A DNA stretch of 64,000 nt from Eledone cirrhosa (Eukaryota), in contig OZ024756.1 of NCBI GenBank assembly GCA_964016885.1, positions 38,192,001 to 38,256,000 on the forward strand, read 5' to 3'. This document shows, in pieces, positions 40,034 through 53,739 of the stretch (the first letter of the stretch is position 1; each line of letters starts with the position of its first letter). The notes below the pieces were generated by a model, which worked only from the letters and a program-made list of their open reading frames with translations, was not told the origin of the DNA and did not search any database. The position numbers and the translations under genes were made by a program.

Positions 40034-40554
40034 TAGAGCATCAGACAATATGCTATGTATGCAGTATTTAGGTATGATTTTCTACATTCTGGGTTCAAAT
40101 CTGCCGAGGACAGCTTTGCCTGTCCTTCAGGGAGTCTGTAAAATAATATACCAGTTAGTCCTTTAGTACATTATTCTATATTTACTATTGTATTTTCACA
40201 GTAAAGGCTTCACATAATATTGAATCTATGAGATTTTGATGTTATTTATTTTGCGAACAATACCTTAACATCAGTATGAGTGGCCAGTTACAGCCGGTTT
40301 GAACAGAAAGAAGTGAAAGAATTCTGGCCGGTTCCAGCTGGTTTAAGTACTTGAGTCAATATAGTTGTCTTTCCTCTTACTCCAAATTGTTGGCCTTGTC
40401 CCAATGCTGGAATTATTATTATTATTATTATTATTAACTTTGGTTAACTTTGCCTTTCATCCTTACGGGGTTGATAAAATAAAGTACCAGTAATACACTG
40501 GGTAATTGCTGGCCTTGTGCCTAAAGTAGAAACAATTATTATTATTATTATTAT

Positions 40555-40586
<32 letters not shown>

Positions 40587-42039
40587 TCATTATTCGTTTC
40601 GTTTCATTTCATTTTTTTTTTTTTTTTTAATTTAAAAAATATTTACATCAAAATATTTATCTTTGTAATTTCATCGTCGTTTAATAACTTTTTTTTCCAA
40701 TTTTTGTTTTCTAAACCACAAATCAATCACAAGCTGATTAAATATCTTTTGATTGATTTTTAAAATTATTATTTTTTTTTTTTTATGGTCATGATTCAAG
40801 GAAATTGATTTCGTTGTTTTTGATTATTTTTTTTATTATAGATTTTTTTAAAGGTTTTTTTTACTGATATTTCCTCCCTAATTATAGACCAATGGTCTTG
40901 TCATTTAAAACTATTTTAATCATAATAAATATTTTAAAATTTAGTCCCCTTCTCCATTTTTTTCTCTCTTCAAACTCAATATTAAATATTTATATTTTAG
41001 TTTAAAAAAATATATTTTGTAATTAATTTTCTGAAGCAATAACACTTCATCCAGTTTAGATTAGGTTCTGTTGTAAGAAGTGACTAAAAGGGTTGAAGGG
41101 CTGGTGCTAGGAAGGGTATCTGGTTGTAAAATATTGCCTCAAAGAAGGAACACATGATGGGCATGAATCCTGTCATTAGGGCCTCAAGGCTAACCTTTGT
41201 TTTTGTAGGGAAAAATGACTTTAAAACGTTTAACTCTTTACCATTTACATTAACTTTGCCTTTCATCCTTACGGGGGTTGATAAAATAAAGTGCCAGTAA
41301 TGTACTGGGGAATTTGCTGGCCTTGTGCCAAAAAGGAGAAACAATTATATATACTATTGTATTTTTGTGGTAAAAGCTTTATTTTACATAATTATCTCAC
41401 ATACTATTGAATCTATGAGATTTTGATGTTATTTATTTTGAGAACAATATGAGTGGCCAGTTATGGCTGGTTTGAACAGAAAGAGGTGAGATAATTCTGG
41501 CCGGATATGGCCGGTTAAAATTAGTGGAACCCACATAGGGAAATATATAGTTATTTGTTATTTCATTTAACATTTTGAAAACCTACCTTTGTATTGATAA
41601 TATCTATAATAAAATCATTTATTTGATCAGTTTCTTAATTTTTATATAGAATTTTAATATTTTTCACATTATTCATGGATTGGCAGAATCAGTAGAGCGT
41701 CAGACACCATGTTTCGTTACTAGCTTTGCCTTTCATCCTTATGGTACCATTAATGAACTGGGTTCGATTTAATCGACTTTTGCATGGGCTGCTCTCATGC
41801 TTGACTTTGTGCCTCAGAGAGGGTCATTCGTGTGGGAGATAAAAAAAAATATTTATTATATAAAATAAATTTCTTCATTAATTAAAACAAATTACTTACC
41901 TTATAAAACTGTTTCTTACATAGATTATTTTTGTCAGAACTTGTGTTACATTAATTCAAAAAATGTTTTCTAGATATGTAGTTTTAAAAAAAATTTTATT
42001 TTCAATCAATATTTATAATTTACAATTGTTTATTTATAG

Positions 42040-42091
42040 GTAGCTGAAAGGTTGGTTCGACCAGAAGAAGTAGATTCAAGGACTAACTTAG
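42040..42091 (+). other. Putative internal exon, 52 bp
   Basis: tttatag|G and TAG|gtaagt; one open frame (VAERLVRPEEVDSRTNL), not recognised. Confidence 0.5.
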
Positions 42092-42684
42092 GTAAGTTCT
42101 TTTTACATTATCACAAATTTCTTCTTTTTCTCCCCCTCTTGCTCCTTCTTCTCCTTTTTTCTTTTTTTCTCTCTTGTTTTCTCTTCCTTCCTTTTCTTCT
42201 TCTTCACCACCAACTTCTTCCTGAAAGGGTTGAGGGAGCAGAGTCCTTAGATTCACTCTTCTATAGGGTCCTATCAAAAACAACCATCTCCAAATGATCC
42301 AGCTAGATCCCCAAACGAGACAAACTAAGGTTATGGATGTTATCCAACCATCTTGCTCATGGTCTCCCTCTGCATCACATTAGCCAGTTGACTCAACCTT
42401 CATCTCTCATTAACAAATAAATCTTAAATTCTTAGATAAATAATATAGACTTTGGAAACTGCAAACAAAAAATGCCACTGAAGAATAAACCTTCATTTGG
42501 AAGAAAGTCTCAGATCCTTAAAATGAAGAAAAACAACAGTGAAATATAGGTGACATGAATCAGAAGAGAACAAAGATAAAAATGCCTTGTTGATGATAGG
42601 AAAAAGAAAGCAACTATTTGTGAAGAAGAGCTGTGAAGGAGGGTGCTGAAAGACTATAATAACTGGAATAAGGATAGGATAGAA

Positions 42685-43205
42685 AACCTTTAGACAGCTA
42701 CTCTCACTGTTGACCAGAGAAAGGGGTTTCTCTCTATGTATAAAAGGACGACTGTATGAGGTCTTTGTGCAAAGTGTGATGCTGCATGGTAGTGAAACTG
42801 CAGAGGGCATGTGTAGATGGAGAGAAATGAAGCAACCACGCTTTGTTGGATGTGCAATGTCAATGTGAGAGAAAGGCAGAGGTTGGTTGAGTTGAGGGAG
42901 AAACTGGGCTTCAGAGGAATTCAAAGCAGTGTGCTGGAGAGAAGACTACGTTGGTATAGACATGTGATACACATGGATGATGATTGCTGTGTAAAGAAGT
43001 GAAAGGAAGCTGCAGTAGAGGTAGACTGGGAAAGACCTGAGTGGAGGTGGTAGGAACTGATCACAATCGCTGAGACTCAGAGAAGATGACAAAAGAATAC
43101 GACGAATGGAGAGATGCTATACTGGAATGGACCTGTCCAACCCATGCAGGCGTGGAAAAGCGGACATAAAAACGATGATTGTGATGATGATGATCATCAT
43201 CATCA
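42685..43205 (+). mobile_element. RTE-like LINE 3' end, second family (decayed relatives near 27165, 31135 -, 52560-53000)
   Basis: KGRLYEVFVQSVMLHGSET...ERNEATTLCWMCNV...ELREKLGFRGIQSSVLERRLRWYRHVIHM, then tail cctgtccaacccatgc...(GAT)n. Confidence 0.8.
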
Positions 43206-43356
43206 TCGTCGTCTCACAGAATTTGTTATGCCGGAAATATTAGAATCACTAATCACAATAAATATTCAGAAAATATATCAAGTTTTGAATGGAATTCTAT
43301 TATTTTCTTTAATCTGAGCAACATCGAGTACTTCTGCTAGCATGTAGATGTGTGTG

Positions 43357-43396
<40 letters not shown>

Positions 43397-43475
43397 GTTG
43401 AGTGTTTTATATCAGTTATAAAAATGTTAGCTTGTATCCCAACAAATTAAATATAACCTCTACATATATATATAC

Positions 43476-43555
<80 letters not shown>

Positions 43556-43661
43556 GCACACATACACACTTAGGGAGTGGAAATGAATACCGCAAAGCAT
43601 TCTATCCGACGTTCTAACGACTCTGTCAATTCGCCGCCTTACACGACTCCTTTCTCTCTCG

Positions 43662-43697
<36 letters not shown>

Positions 43698-44744
43698 GTC
43701 TCTCTGTCTCAGCAAACCATTCGATATGAATTCGGGGAATCAGTCGAGATATTTTCACATCTCTTCCTACGATATTCTACGTTTTCAGTGATTAAATAAC
43801 TCATTTTTGTTTATTCAGTTCAAAGCTTTAGTTTTTAATTTATTTTCCTCACATTCCCTTGTCCTATTTTAAATAATGCTGGAGTTGAAAATTGTTTTTA
43901 AAAAGAAATAAAAACGATATAAAATATATCGTAAACTTTTATTTGTGTAATAAAATTGTAGCTAATATAGTTTTTATTAAATATCATCGAAATGAAACTA
44001 TTATTTTTTTTATTTATATTTCTCATGGTGTCCCCCAAAAATGTATACACACTTTGATTAGAATGCTGTTGAAGTGTGTATACATTTTTTGGGACACCCT
44101 ATATATATATATATATATAATTACTAATTAAATAGCTCTGCACTATACATAGAGCACTCTACAGAAATACTTAACACACATACACACACACACACATTAA
44201 AACGAAGTCATCGGAAGGACCGATATATTTCTGCAATTTTCTCGCTCAATGTTTTAATTAAGCCAGCTTCATTAAAATATCAACCAAAAAGGAAAGTAAA
44301 GTGACCCTCCCAAAGTATAACAATAAAGTGCACATTTATACGTTAAATAGTGAGAGGAACGATTTCGTGTGGGTAGAGAATTAGATTCTCTCTCTCTCTA
44401 TATATATATATATCTTTCTCTCTCTCTTCACCCGTATCAGTGTTTGTTTCTGACTTAATGTCTCCACAACCTAGTAGAGGTTCGACAAAATAAGATAGAA
44501 AAATAAATACCAGAATTAACACACAGACACACACACACACGCATATATTTATTTATTCAATTTAAACGTCCGTAGAGAGCTAGTAAGCCATGGCAAACCA
44601 GGGAAAATATTGAGTACTCTTTACATTTGATAATCAAAAGGAGTTAGTGAGACAAGTAATAAGAAAAAGAATTTTAAAAAAAAAGAAAATGGGGAAGAAA
44701 ATCTAAGAAAATATATTTAGGCGATTGCCGAAATAGAATTATAT

Positions 44745-44892
44745 CATCTCTTGCAACACCGGTTGTTGCAGACAATAGGAAATTAGGTGGCTAAGGGACA
44801 TAACTCTGTTTTACGCAATATCCACTTCCTGTCGCCGTTGTCTATTTCTTAATCACGTAACAGTGCTTCGCGTGTGTGCGCCTGTCTGGAAG
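44745..44892 (+). promoter_or_regulatory. Possible internal promoter or alternative first exon
   Basis: CpG-retaining unique island with ETS-type CACTTCCTGT, bZIP-type TTACGCAA and TCACGTAA, and donor AAG|gtatt. Confidence 0.35.
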
Positions 44893-46449
44893 GTATTATT
44901 TCTGTATATTTATATATATATATCTTCTTATCGTGTCCACACTTATAACTGTTGCTTGTGGTGGCGATAGGATTAGCAGTATCTTTTCAATACTCCCAGG
45001 GCCGCGGCGAGGACGCTCCTATCTTAACCCCATATAATATATATATATAAAATATAAGGTACCCCCAAAACATGTATAGACACTTAGATTACCTGTACAG
45101 GCAATGTTTATTAGAATGCACGTCCATTGTGTATACATTTTTGGGTGACACCCTGTATATATTTTGCCTCCTATATTTTGGTTGTTTTATATATACACAC
45201 ACACGTGTGTATGTGTATACTTTTTTATTCTTTCTTTTGCTGGGGCAATGCCGTGAAGGTTTTTTTTTTAGTTAATCACATCGACTCAGCCCCTCAGAAC
45301 TTAAAAACACTTTCAATCCGGCGCTTATTTCTATCGATACCCATTTATCGAACAGCTCGGTAAGAGGACATAAACACGACGGTAAACGTTAACATACACT
45401 AACAATTCTGCCAATCCACCATAATAATAATAATTGTTTCTACTTTTGGCACAAGGCCAGCAATTATCTCAGTGCATTACTGGTACTTGATTTTATCGAC
45501 CCCGTAAGGATGAAAGACAAAGTCAACCTCGGCATAATAATAATAATAATGGTTTCTAATTTAGGCACAAGGCCAACAATTTGATAAAGTGTATATATTT
45601 TTCTAGAAACCTTTCATCATAATTTAATGTTCCAAACAGAAACATAATAACGAGAAAGTTATATTACTAAATCTGTCCAAATTCTTGATTATTTTTGAAA
45701 TGCTTTGAAAATCATGGGCAGTGTCTTATATTAGAAATATGGATATATTTTACCATAGTTAAATTATGAAAACCATTTAGGTCTCTCTAACTATATAATA
45801 ATAATTTCAAAATGTATTTTGAAATTTTTAAAATTTTTCCAACTCTTTTTTTTGTTTGAAGAAAATAATAGAATGTAAGGAAATTAAAATTATCAACACC
45901 CCACTCACTCCCAACTGAAATTTAAATGTTTTCGAAAATTAAATCTTAACATCCTGTAATGATTTCAAACAAAAGATGTGAAATTAGTGCAAATACACAC
46001 ACACACACACCAGGACCGACCACAAAGGAACCAAACTGTCACTGCCTCCATGTCTCTTTTTCTCCCCAACTCACACTATTATGAGCAAATGGGGTCCACA
46101 CGCTGGCTGCCCTGTGGTCCCAGCAGATAGAATAGAGAGGGCATCTCCCAGGAGGATGGTGAGGGAGACGCCTGGAATAGCCATTCCAGCTTGCGGGGCT
46201 CATACCCGGGAGTATCAAACTCTCTGTCGATGGTGGTGAGTAGGGGGGGACCCTAGGGCCAAAGACACCAGAAGTCTCCAGTGAAATTAGTTATTTTTTT
46301 GTTTGGAGAAGGCAATAGAGAGGAAAATTAATGTTGGTTTTTTTTTCTTTAGAATTTAAAAGATTTAGCAGAAAATATCGAAAAAATTTATTTGTTATTT
46401 AATTATTTACATGGATCATTATGAAAATTTATAGAAATATAATATCTCT

Positions 46450-46656
46450 TAACATTTTGTAATGATTTAGCATAAATATCTAAAAAAACAGGTTTGTTAA
46501 TTTAAATGTTTATAGTATCTTTACTGCTGGACAGTTCATTGTGAAAAACTGTCGTATTTAGAGTAAGAAGGTTTTAATGTGATGCAGTCAGTGTTGTTTT
46601 GTCATTTCTAACATTGTCTAGCTAATGTGGCTTTCTATGGTCTAGGACGTTAAAAG
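46450..46656. mobile_element. Dispersed AT-rich repeat (MITE-like), copies near 30690, 50290-50575 (tandem partials) and 51010-51188 (-)
   Basis: Shared tgtaatgatttagcagaaaatatct...tatagtatctttactagtggaca...gctaatgtgg. Confidence 0.55.
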
Positions 46657-46959
46657 TTTTAGATGTTTTCTCAATTTGAATGTTTTGAAAATTTAAATGT
46701 TTTCGAAATGTTAACTTGTTTCATGAAGGTTTTGTTAACATGTATTAAATCCACCCTCCCCTCCTCTCTTTCTCTCTCTCTCACACAGGAATTTTGCTCT
46801 ATTGACAGTTATTTCTCATGATGATGATGATGGTAGTGGTGGTGGTGTACATTTTCCTCAGACTATTTTTCTGGTCTCCTTATTTGTCTTAATATCTCTC
46901 TCTCTCTCTCTCACACTATCTCTCACTTTCTAACATTCCCCTTCCCACCTTCTTACCTA

Positions 46960-46984
46960 TTCTTCTCTTTCTCTCACACACACA

Positions 46985-47015
<31 letters not shown>

Positions 47016-47016
47016 T

Positions 47017-47048
<32 letters not shown>

Positions 47049-47086
47049 CTCTCTCTCTCACACACACTCTCTCTCTCTCTCTCTCA

Positions 47087-47143
<57 letters not shown>

Positions 47144-47890
47144 TCACTCTCTCTCTCTCTCTCTCTCACACTCTCTCTCACTCTCCCCCTCTCTCTCTCC
47201 CCCTCCCCCTCTTTCACCATTTCCTCCTCCTCCCCTTCCCCCACCTCTCACTCCAACTGTGACCCACAATGTTAACATAGATGTTCAAGTTAGGAGGAGT
47301 AGTTTTCATTGGTTTAAATAGTCTCACGCCATCTTTTCCCTTCACACTAGCATCACATTTACTTTACAAACACCCCACCGCCACCACTACACACAACACC
47401 CCATCACCCCCTCCAAACTTTTATCCCCACCCATCACACCTACACACCCCTCTACCATACCTACCCCACCTACACCTCCTCTACTACCATACATACCCAC
47501 CTACACCCCACCACTATCATACCTACCCCACCTACACCCCCTCTACCATACCTCCCCATTTACACCTCCATTCACTATATCTACCACACCTACACCCCCA
47601 CCACTACACTACCATACACCCCCACCTACACCCACACCACTACACTACCATACCTACCCCACCTACGCCCCCACCACTACACTACCATACCTACCCCACC
47701 TACATACACCCCCACCACTACACTACCATACCCCCCCCCACCTACATGCACCCCCACCACTACACTACCATACCTACCCCACCTATACCCCTTCTACCAT
47801 ACCTCCCCACCTACACCCCATCTCTACCATACCTACCCCACCTCTCCACCCCCACTACCACACCTACCCCACTACCATACCTACACCAGT
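46960..47890. repeat. (CT)n/(CA)n block and ctaccatacctacccca-type minisatellite
   Basis: Directly visible; explains the 284-aa H/P/T/Y-rich ORF. Confidence 0.85.
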
Positions 47891-49489
47891 GTGTGTATAT
47901 ACATTTTATATACACTCATTATCATCATCATCATTACATATCTGTCTTACACATTGGTATGGGTTGGACAAGGTTTTACATTCTAAGATTTGACTGGTCA
48001 GATGACCGTTTTCCATATTTGGCAAGGTCCCTACATCTGGATGCCCTTTCCCAGTATAGAGGCCAGCCACTTTACAACATGTACTTGTGTATTTTACCAC
48101 CACGACACCCTACTCCACCCAACGCTCATCGTTGATATCATCATCATCATCATCATCATCCCTTGCCAGCAAGGGTCAGATAGGTTGTTACAGACCAAGT
48201 CAGTACTTAATCGGTGCTACTAACTTATCAGATGGGCCAGAGACTGCAACTTTGCATGCATTTCTATACTCTACAGTGTGTGGTAGGTGCATTTTGTGTC
48301 ACCAACAGTAGGGAGGGTGTCACCAACACTAGGGAGAGTGTCATGTTTTTGATATAACTGAAAAGTCCTCTTGACTGTTGTTTGTCAAGTTTTCTATGGC
48401 TGGATGCCCTTCCTATCACCAACCCCTTTACAGTGTGGGGCTGGGTAGGTTTTATTCTGTTGCCATCACTAGGAAGTTTGTATCTTTAACATAGCTGAAT
48501 GAATCTTCATCACACTTTGTTTGGTATGGCTGGATGGTCATCCTATCACTAACTACTTTACAGAGTGTACTGGGTGTATTTTATCATGTTACTGCCACTA
48601 GGAAGGTTGCTGTGTCCTTGACACGATTAAAGAAGCCTTTTGACCATATAGACACGCATGCACATACATATATATATATGTATACATACACATGCATATA
48701 CCTATATACAAACTACATATAGAAAAATATGTATACATGTACACACACACATACATATATACATACATACATATATACATACATACATATAGACACATAC
48801 ACACACATGTACACACATACACATACATTAAGAATATTTTTTCTTTAAAGTATTATTTTGATATAAAATTTTATTGATTATTTTCAAATTTAATTTTCTT
48901 TAAACACTTTAAATTTGATTTTTAAAAAAAATGTTTCTAGCTTCTTTGTTCCACAGTAGATATACATTTTAAGTATATTCTCTTTAATTATTGACACTTG
49001 GTGTGAAATTTACAATTAATTTTATTTTGTAATTATTAAAACTCTTGTATGTATGGTGTATATAATACATGTGTGTGTGTTACTCTATTGCGTGTTCCAG
49101 CTGACAGGCTGGGGTCATGCTGAGGCACCTCATTGTGTGTGTGTGTGTATATATATGAAACACAGACAGTCAATGAGATACATCGTTCAATGTATCTCAA
49201 GATACATTGTTTTAGTGCCTCTCTCTCTCTAGATCTAGATCTCTCTCTCTCTCTAGATCTCTCTCTCTATATATATCATTCGGTTATTTAAATTAAAGCA
49301 CTTTGTATGTTTTGCCTCTTAAATTGGAAACTTACATAAATCACTTTAAAATAATAATAACTCTCTCTCGTGTGTAGTTTGTGTAATCGACGTGGATTAA
49401 AGGGGAAAACAGTTCTCATGTAGTTTAATTCTATTTAATGAAATCCTCTAAAATCATGTTATTAGTCACTAGTACCCTTTCATTTTCAG

Positions 49490-49571
49490 ATTAGTAATAC
49501 CTTCACAAACCCCTGTCAATGGAGCCACCCACTCCAGTCAGCAATTGTACATGTCCCTCACACCTACATAA
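49490..49571 (+). other. Possible exon start with short open frame LVIPSQTPVNGATHSSQQLYMSLTPT*
   Basis: Good acceptor ccctttcattttcag|; no matching upstream phase-2 exon found and no homology recognised. Confidence 0.25.
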
Positions 49572-50637
49572 GCCAATTACAATATACAGTGTGTCATTTA
49601 TTGAGAAACCTGTTAACTCTTTTGATATCACACTGCCTGAAAGCACCCCATTGATTTATGATATGGAGATGTTTGTTTCAAAGTATTTATATTTATCTAA
49701 AATTCTTCCACTATAATTTTATGCAACTTAACCTTTTAACATTTAAACCGGCCATATCTGGTCAGAATTCTCTCACCTCTTTCTATTCAAACTGGCTGGT
49801 TACAGCCACTTATACTGATGTTAAGATATTGTTCTCAAAATAATAATATCAAAATCTCATAGATTTGATATTATGTGAGATAATTATGTAAGGTAAAGCT
49901 TTTACCTTGAAAATACAATAGTAAATATAGAACAATATTATAACATCAGTATGAGTGGCCAGTTACAACCAGTTTGAACAGAACAAGGTGAGAAAATTCT
50001 GGCCGGATATGGCTGGTTTAAATGCTAAAGGGCTAAAACACCAACTTAATAATGAAAATATTATTTTACTAAATCCATCAAAGATCTTGATTATTTTCAA
50101 AAGGAAAGGGCAAAGATTTTTCTGTATAATTATCCATTATAAATGATTATTTCTATATTTGTTGTTAAATTAGGGTTTCCAAGACTGGTGGGGGTGAGGA
50201 AGGTATCCTTAAACCAGTCACCTAGTCTGAATATTTACTAAAAGAGCAGGCTCCATAAAAGAATCCATGGGCCAGACGTATGTGTTAACTCCTTACATCC
50301 TGTAATGATTTAGCAGAAAATATTTATAAATCTGTTTCGGTTACAGTGTCTTTACTGGTGGACACATTATTATAAACATTTGCAGTATTATTTCTAAACA
50401 TTCTGTAATGATTTAGCAGAAAATATCTAAAAACTTATATTTACTAGTGGACAAATTGTGAAAATTTGCAGTATTATTTCTTAATATCTTATAATGATTT
50501 CACAGAAAATACCTATAATCTTTAATTCAAATGGTTATAGTATCTTTACTAGTGGACAGATTGTTGTGAAAATGCCTACATTTTAGCATGGTTTCTATGG
50601 TTAGATGCCCTTAATGCCAACCATGTTTCATTGTCCT

Positions 50638-50925
50638 AGGTGTATTTTGTTGTGGCATCAGCACTACTACTTTACAGACCATACTGGGTGTATTTTATCA
50701 TGGCTCAAGTACTACTACTTTACAGACCATACTGGGTGTATTTTATCATGGCTCAAGTACTACTACTTTACAGACCATACTGGGTGTATTTTATCATGGC
50801 TCAAGTACTACTACTTTACAGACCATACTGGGTGTATTTTATCATGGCTCAAGTACTACTACTTTACAGACCATACTGGGTGTATTTTGTTGTGGCATCA
50901 GAACTACCAATTTACAGAGTGTACC
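50638..50925. repeat. Tandem repeat, 48-bp unit, about 6 copies
   Basis: tgtattttatcatggctcaagtactactactttacagaccatactggg at period 48. Confidence 0.9.
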
Positions 50926-51948
50926 AGGCACACTTTGTCATGGCACCTATAATATCATAAGGTACTGGGACTTTCTTTTATCGATTATCTCATTCATGAC
51001 CATATTTCTAATGTCCTATAATGCATAAAACCACATTAGCAAGACATTCTTGGAAAGTGCAAAATTCAAAATTGAAGACTTTACTCTAATATTGCACATT
51101 TTTACAACAATCTATAATCATACTATAAACATTTGAATTAACAAGTCTGTTTTTAGATATATTCTGCTAAATCATTACAGTTTGTTAACGAGATTTATTT
51201 CAATTTTAAGATGGTATTTGTAACAACTTCACGAAAGATTCTTATATAAAATTATTTAATTTAAATAGATATTTATTTAACAATTTCGATTACATATTTG
51301 AATGATATATATTGTATTTCAAGTAATTAATGAAGAATTTGACTAAAATTATTAATTTTTTCATTATTAAGATTTGTAAATACTATTATTAGTATTTCTC
51401 TTCAAACTGGCTGTAACTGGCCACTCATACTGATATTAAGGTATTGTTCTCAAAATAAATAATATCAAAATCTTGTAGATTCAATATTATGTGAGATAAA
51501 GCTCTTACTGCGAAAATACAATAGTATATATAGAGTAATGTAAATGGTAATGGGTTAAAGAAGCCTGTAAAAAATGTGGGTTTTGTTTCATAGAGACGGG
51601 ACAGCTTTTGATTAATTTTCGCTATCAAAAAGGTTAAACCATTATGGAAAATATGTTAGATGTTAAAATAATATTAAACTCTTCTGCAATAATGTTTCTA
51701 ATGAAGTGTACTGTGTAAGTGTTTCAATTTTGAAAATATCTGAAGAATTTGTAGAGATTTAGTAAAATTGATATTTGGAACATAACTTAACAAAGGGCTC
51801 TTACATAAAATTATGATAGAAGATTTGATTAAAAAAGTAAACACTTTAAAAATTAGAGTTTTTGTATCTACATCTTAGTGTCTGATGAGATGGTATGAAA
51901 AAGGCTAAACAAATATTTTCAAACATTTATCTTCTATTTCTAACTCTA

Positions 51949-51984
51949 TCTTCTGATGAAGGACTTGTATCCGAAACATTAAGA
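51949..51984 (+). ncRNA. Minimal hammerhead ribozyme, family D (probably decayed)
   Basis: UCUU-CUGAUGA-A-GGA(cuugua)UCC-GAA-ACAU-U-AAGA. Fits the CTGATGAAGG...CCGAAACGT pattern, with ACGT changed to ACAT (CpG decay). Confidence 0.55.
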
Positions 51985-53681
51985 CTAGCTTCCTGCTATT
52001 TCAAGCATTAAACTTTCTTCCATGTGCTCTGCCATTTATTTTGTTATTTCCTCACTGTCCTTCTCGATTGTATTACCGTGAATGTTTTTAGCAACTAATG
52101 AAGAAATAATAATAACAGTAATGATATTTATAATTGTTTCTAATTTAGGTACAAGGCCAGGCGTTTAGAGGGACAGAGAAGTTGACCATATCAAACCCAG
52201 TACTGTGGTTGGTACTGTATTTTATCAACACCTGGAAGATGGATTAAAGGTAAAGTCAACTTGGTGAGATTTGAAGCTCGGAAGATGAAGAGCAGACATT
52301 TATGTCTGAGATGCTCTAACAATCTTACCATGCCAAATAATAATAATAATGGTTTCTAATTTAGACACAAGGTCAGCAATTTGGGAAAAAGGGAAAAGTC
52401 TGGTACTTTATTTTATCGAACCTGGAAGGATGAAAGGCAGGATTTGAACTTGGAACATAACTAACTGAGTACAATAAGACAATTTGTCAGGCTCTCTAAC
52501 AATTCTGCCAATCTACTGTCCTAATGGAAGATGGGTGTTAAACGATGATGATGATATTAGATGTGCATGAACGACAAAGCAGGGATGAGCTGAGAAAACA
52601 AACTAAACATGAGAGGAATGAAATGTGTGCAGGAGAGAAAGTTTGCATTGATATGGACATGCAATGTATATGAATGATGTTTGTTGGGAACAGAAGTGGA
52701 AGGAAACTATGGAAGAGGAAGACCAAGGAGTCTGATCTCAAGAAAATGACCATCACAAAAGAGATGACAAAGGAAAGAGACAGGTGGAAAGAAGCCATGG
52801 TAGAGGTAAACCAAGAAAGACATGGATGGATGAACTGAAAGTTGATCTTAAGAAACTAAACCTCATAAAAGAAAGAGACAGGTGAGTGAGCAAGACTTGG
52901 GTAGAGGTGGAGAAAGGTGGTTTCGGGGAAGAACAAATGGAGAGATGCTTTATTGGAGAGGACACAGCTAACCTAGGCAAGCATGGAAAACGATGATGAT
53001 AAATAAATAAAAAAGTCCAACTACAATAATAATGGGATGATTAAAAATATGTGCTTATATGTTATATATACACACACAGATGCATATATATATATATATA
53101 TAAAAGAAAAGATATTAACAGTTTGACTTTGCAATACCAAATGGTTTTATAGCTGTAAATACAACCAGCTCTTTCAGTTGCAATAATATATATATATATA
53201 TATATGTATATCTTGTAAAACTGCAGTTAGAGGATATAAAAAATTTGTTATATGAATTTTTTTTCCCTCGGGATGCACTAGTGAGCTTCTTTATTTTAGA
53301 GTGCTTTACTGCGATTTTCACTTTAGTCAGTTCTGAGCCTTAATCGAGATGGTTCCATATTTGTAATCATATATATATATATATATTTATATATAATAAT
53401 TGTTTCTACTTTTGGCACTAGGCCAGCAATTACCCAGTAAGAATCAGTGTTGCATCATATACATATTTAATTACAAATTACATATGTTTCACTGTCGATC
53501 AGCTCAAAGAACAATCGATCCTGACTCTGGAATTGGAAGCTCCTCATATATATATATGATGAACTGAGGAAAATTAACAGAGAGGACAAGACAATGGACG
53601 AAAAACAATTTAGGGGGAACCTTAAATAAAAAAAATAAAAATACTAATGAAAGACACAGAACTCCAGGGTGATCGGCCTTT

Positions 53682-53739
53682 GAGGTGGACTTTGGCAGTT
53701 TCGACTCCTATCAACGGTACTGCTAGTATACTCGGAGTC
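53682..53739 (-). mobile_element. 3'-half hammerhead remnant
   Basis: Minus strand GACUCC(26 nt)GGAGUC-GAA-ACU(gccaa)AGU-C-CACCUC; CUGANGA absent. Confidence 0.35.

Noticed and set aside
47281-48135. Longest ORF (284 aa, H/P/T/Y-rich)
   Set aside because: It runs through a C/A-rich minisatellite and repeat remnants that lack stops by composition.
42040-49571. Coding splice from exon 42040-42091 to 49490
   Set aside because: Phases are incompatible; joining gives GAT TAG immediately.
35985-50925. Regular 42-88 bp repeats as CRISPR arrays
   Set aside because: Head-to-tail units without unique spacers, eukaryotic context and no cas genes.
51883-51905. CTGATGA...GAAA as a hammerhead
   Set aside because: No stem II, stem III or cleavage triplet pairing.
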